Assembly: GCF_028641065.1 (NCBI RefSeq) | Contig: NC_073384.1 | Location: 17,174,001-17,238,000, forward strand | Length of the DNA stretch: 64,000 bases | DNA from: Leucoraja erinacea | Lineage: Eukaryota | Direction: 5' to 3' | Shown here: piece after piece, positions 60,493 to 64,000 of the stretch | How the letters are laid out: every line of letters starts with the position of its first letter | Numbering within the stretch: position 1 is the first letter of the stretch | Position numbers and translations under genes: made by a program | The notes under the pieces: generated by a model | The model's database searches: none | Seen by the model: the letters and a program-made list of their open reading frames with translations, nothing else | What the model was told of the DNA's origin: nothing

Positions 60493-61984
60493 AGAACATT
60501 TCCCTCGATTAAAAGTCAAAGACCAATTTATACCTCAAAATAATCCACTTAGGAACCTATTTTGCATGTCTGGATGGCAACCTTCAAGAACCCTAACCCC
60601 AAGAAGCACAACATTCCTTTAGGCTGCGATGAGCAGGAGTGTTGACCCCTCTCCAATGAGGCAAAAACAATTCCCACATATAGATCACTGCTGCATTCAC
60701 AAGTACTTGCGAACGGGCCTCAGTGGAATGGAGAGAGTCAGGGTGTAGATCACTCTCTCGCTCTGGGGAATATCTGGCTTCCATCCAAACTTCCTCTTCT
60801 GCCTTCCATTTCCCAGCACTGTGTGAGAGGATGGAGGCTCAAGGGATGTGTTAATGGTTACAAGGTACTGCAGATTGCCAGAGATAATCAGACCCACTCA
60901 ATCTCTGAAATGCAGATAACAACCCACAGAGTGGATATTCTGTAAATGATTCAGGAGCAGGCTTGTTAAATTTTAATATCTATTCCTATAAATCTGTTTA
61001 TTTGTGTCTGGTTTATCCATCATCAATGAGTTATAAACATGCAAACAGACCTATAGGCAGCCTCATCCATGCCAAGTAAGATGCCTTCATGTGCTCTTCA
61101 CATTTCCCTGCATTTGACCCACATCCCCAAAACCCGTAATTATCCAAATATCTTTTAAATGCTGTAATTTTGCCTGAACTCCCTCTGTCAGCTTATTCCA
61201 TGTACCCAGCAAACTCCCTGCGGAAAAGTTGCCCCTCAGGTTTCTGTTAAACCTTTCCCCTTTCATCTTAAATTGTAGACTCCACAACCCTATTTCCACT
61301 CGATTTATCTATGTCCTTCATGACGTTATAAACCCCCCATTAGGTCACCCCTCAGCCTCCTATGCTCAAGGGAAAAATAGTCCAAGTTCTACCCAGTCTC
61401 TCCTTACAACTTGAGCCCTCCAGACCCAGCAATAGCATTGTGAATCTGTTCTGTACCCTTTGTAGCGTAATCAACCTTACTTCAACATTAATAAAATAAA
61501 AACTCCTAGCCATGTTACTCCACTCCCAAAAGGTTGTTTGCAGAACTTCATTGTACTTTTCAACCTCTCTCTACCTTAAAATCTACCTTTCCCTCGTTAA
61601 CCAAGTTTAGTTTAGTTTAGTTTAGAGATACAGCATGGCTAAAGGCCCTTTTGCCTACCGAGTCCATGCCAAACATCGATCACCCATTCAGACTACTTCT
61701 AGTCAATTCTAGTCAAATGTGGAACCAGTAATAGTTCTTTCTCATCCACTCCCTACATTAGAGGCAATTTTACAAAGGATGAGTAACCTACAAACCTACA
61801 TGTTTATGGGATGTGGGAGGAAGCCCACATGGCCACAGGGAGAAATTGCAAATTACACCTAGACAGCAACCAAGGTCAGGATCAAACCCGGATTTCTGAC
61901 ATTCTCTGTCGCATCTGTGGGCGAGGACGGGATGAAGGCTAGCTGTTCTGCAGGGAGCGACAAAACACATTAAATGCATGTTGT

Positions 61985-64000
61985 TTCATACAACACTCGC
62001 GGTATGCGAGTAGGACATTCTGCTACTGATAGATCAAGACGTTTGGTGGTGGACACACTGCTGGCCCAATGTGACATTCTGTGACTGCAAGAAACCTGGA
62101 TGGCGAAACAAGATCTGGATAAGTTGAACACTCTACACATGAACTTCCATGGGGCTGGAGAGTCCACTACCGACCTCAGTACGAGGCTGGTTCGAGGTAG
62201 GATAGCTGGTGGTGTAGCTATACTGTGGAACATCAAATATGACTCACTGGTGAAGGTGGTGCATCTAAATGTTGACTGGGCCATAGGGCTAGAGTGTAAT
62301 TATAATGAAAATAAATTTACTGTCTTAAATGTTTATACACCGTATGAATCATATGAGCATGAGGACGAATTTCTGAACAGGTTAGCTTTTATTCAGTCCT
62401 TCATAGAGGACAACAGCTCATCGTGTGTCTACATCATGGGTGATTTTAATGCTGACATGGCAGATAGCAAATCTTTATTTGCAGCACACCTGCAGCAGTT
62501 TTGTAATGAGTCTAAATTAATTCTATCGAGTAAACTCTGTTGCCTGACACAAGTTTTACCTATGTTAGTGAAGCGTGGCACACAACATCTTGGTTAGACC
62601 ATATTGTGACCACAGCTGATGTTCATGCCTCACTGGAAAATGTGGAGATTTGTTATGAACTTGCCACCTCTGATCACATGCCTATTGCTGCACGGTTAAA
62701 TGTTGAGAATGTCCCCCTACTGTCCAGTAATAATAATGTTGCTTCCTCAAGTAAACTGGACTGGTCAAAACTGAGCAGAGAGGTTATGGCTGGATACTCA
62801 CTGCGAACGGACAGTTTTTTAAATAATATTGCATTGCCTCAAGAGGCCCTAATGTGCTCAGATATGAATTGTAAGGATGTGCAACATGCTGAAAAACTCT
62901 GTGCCATGTATGATGTTATTGTGAAATGTCTCAATGCTTCCAGTGAAACCTTTCATAAAAGTAAATGTAAGGTACCCAACATCAGACCTGGGCGGAATGA
63001 GTTTGTGGCTGAGCAGTACGCTGAGGCAAGAGAGGCCTTTAGACTCTGGTCAGAGGCAGGTAGGCCTAGTATTGCTAGATATGAAAAAACGCACAAATGC
63101 TAGAGTTAAGTATGCACTTCGTGTTATTAAGAAAAATGAAAACACAATGAGAGCAGACTCGCTTGCCAGAAAGCTACAGAACAACAACCTTACTAACTTC
63201 TGGAAAGAGGTCAAAGTAATGAATAACAATAAAACACCCCTACCGTCTGACATTGAAGGTGTTAGTAGCCCAGAAAAAATAGCTGAGATTTGGCGTGAGC
63301 ACTACCGTAACCTTTTTAATTGTGTTAAAAGTAACCCAGTTAGAATCAATCATGAACATATTGATCTCTCAGCAGATATGATTGTTAGGGCAGCAGATGT
63401 CTATGATGCCATTAACATGGTGGATAACAACAAAGCCTACGGTATGGACTGCATTACCGCAGAACATCTAAACTATGCCAGCTATAAGCTCTGCCCTTTG
63501 CTTTCCATGTGCTATAATGGTTGTCTGGTTCATGGTGTCCTGCCAAATGCTATTATGTCTGTAATGTTAGTGTCTGTGCTTAAAGACAAGGCTGGTAAGC
63601 TCAACAGTATTGACAATTATCGACCTATTGCATTAGCCAGTATCTTGTCTAAAGTACTGGAGAGAAAACTGCTAACAAAGCTAGAAATGTATGTCCTTAC
63701 TACTGTCAATCAGTTTGGGTTCAAAAGAAAACATGGAACTGACCAGTGTATCTATGCTCTTAAAGAGATTGTGTTCAGGTACACAAGCCTGGATTCATCT
63801 GTATTCCTATGTTTTATTGATGCGTCCAAGGCATTTGATAGAATTAATCATGAACAATTGTTTGTAAAATTGCTAGATAGAGGTGCCCCTAAATTTTTTG
63901 TGAGAATTTTAGTGTTTTGGTATGCCCATCAAACGTTTCAGGTTAAATGGGACAATGTTGTATCTGCTCCATTCTGTGTTAGTAACGGAGTGCGGCAAGG
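61985..64000 (+). mobile_element. Non-LTR retrotransposon APE+RT ORF (RTE-X/L2-group-like), frameshifted, runs off the window
   Basis: APE motifs (LQETW, GGVAILW, NVYTP, GDFNA, LDHI, SDH) followed by RT motifs (NYRPIAL, QFGF, FIDASKAFD, GVRQ). Confidence 0.88.

Noticed and set aside
58154-64000. CHRNA2 upstream coding exons
   Set aside because: No signal-peptide exon or ..RPV..GLSIAQLIDV-type exon was found; presumed to lie beyond the right edge.

Overview
Vertebrate genomic DNA, most likely a cartilaginous fish (skate/ray-like). This is inferred from the repeat content: CR1 LINEs, V-SINE/HE1-type SINEs, Penelope-derived repeats and hAT/PIF-type non-autonomous elements. Most short ORFs in the track are transposon debris or antisense noise. 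All recognisable host genes are on the minus strand, head-to-tail. (1) The last four coding exons of the neuronal nicotinic acetylcholine receptor alpha-2 gene (CHRNA2, 58153->50265). (2) About 4.4 kb downstream, an apparently complete Ig-superfamily receptor ('gene B', 45877->~33404): leader exon, one exon encoding a germline-joined V+J domain, a decayed second VJ exon, a TM exon and two small cytoplasmic exons with DYEN and ITIM-like SVYGHL motifs. (3) A paralogue ('gene A', 21450->at least 1928): leader exon, 16-kb intron, then two tandem germline-joined VJ exons; it probably continues off the left edge. The V domains look antigen-receptor-like (Ig light chain/TCR-gamma style) but have no usable RSS, and both leaders have a PU.1/Spi-type AAAGAGGAAG motif 108-129 bp upstream. 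The best candidate for an undescribed system is this cluster of non-rearranging VJ-type immune receptors beside CHRNA2. A second hidden layer is a dispersed Penelope-derived repeat family carrying minimal hammerhead-ribozyme cores on both strands. Exon models come from manual reading of splice signals and phases, with no transcript or database evidence.
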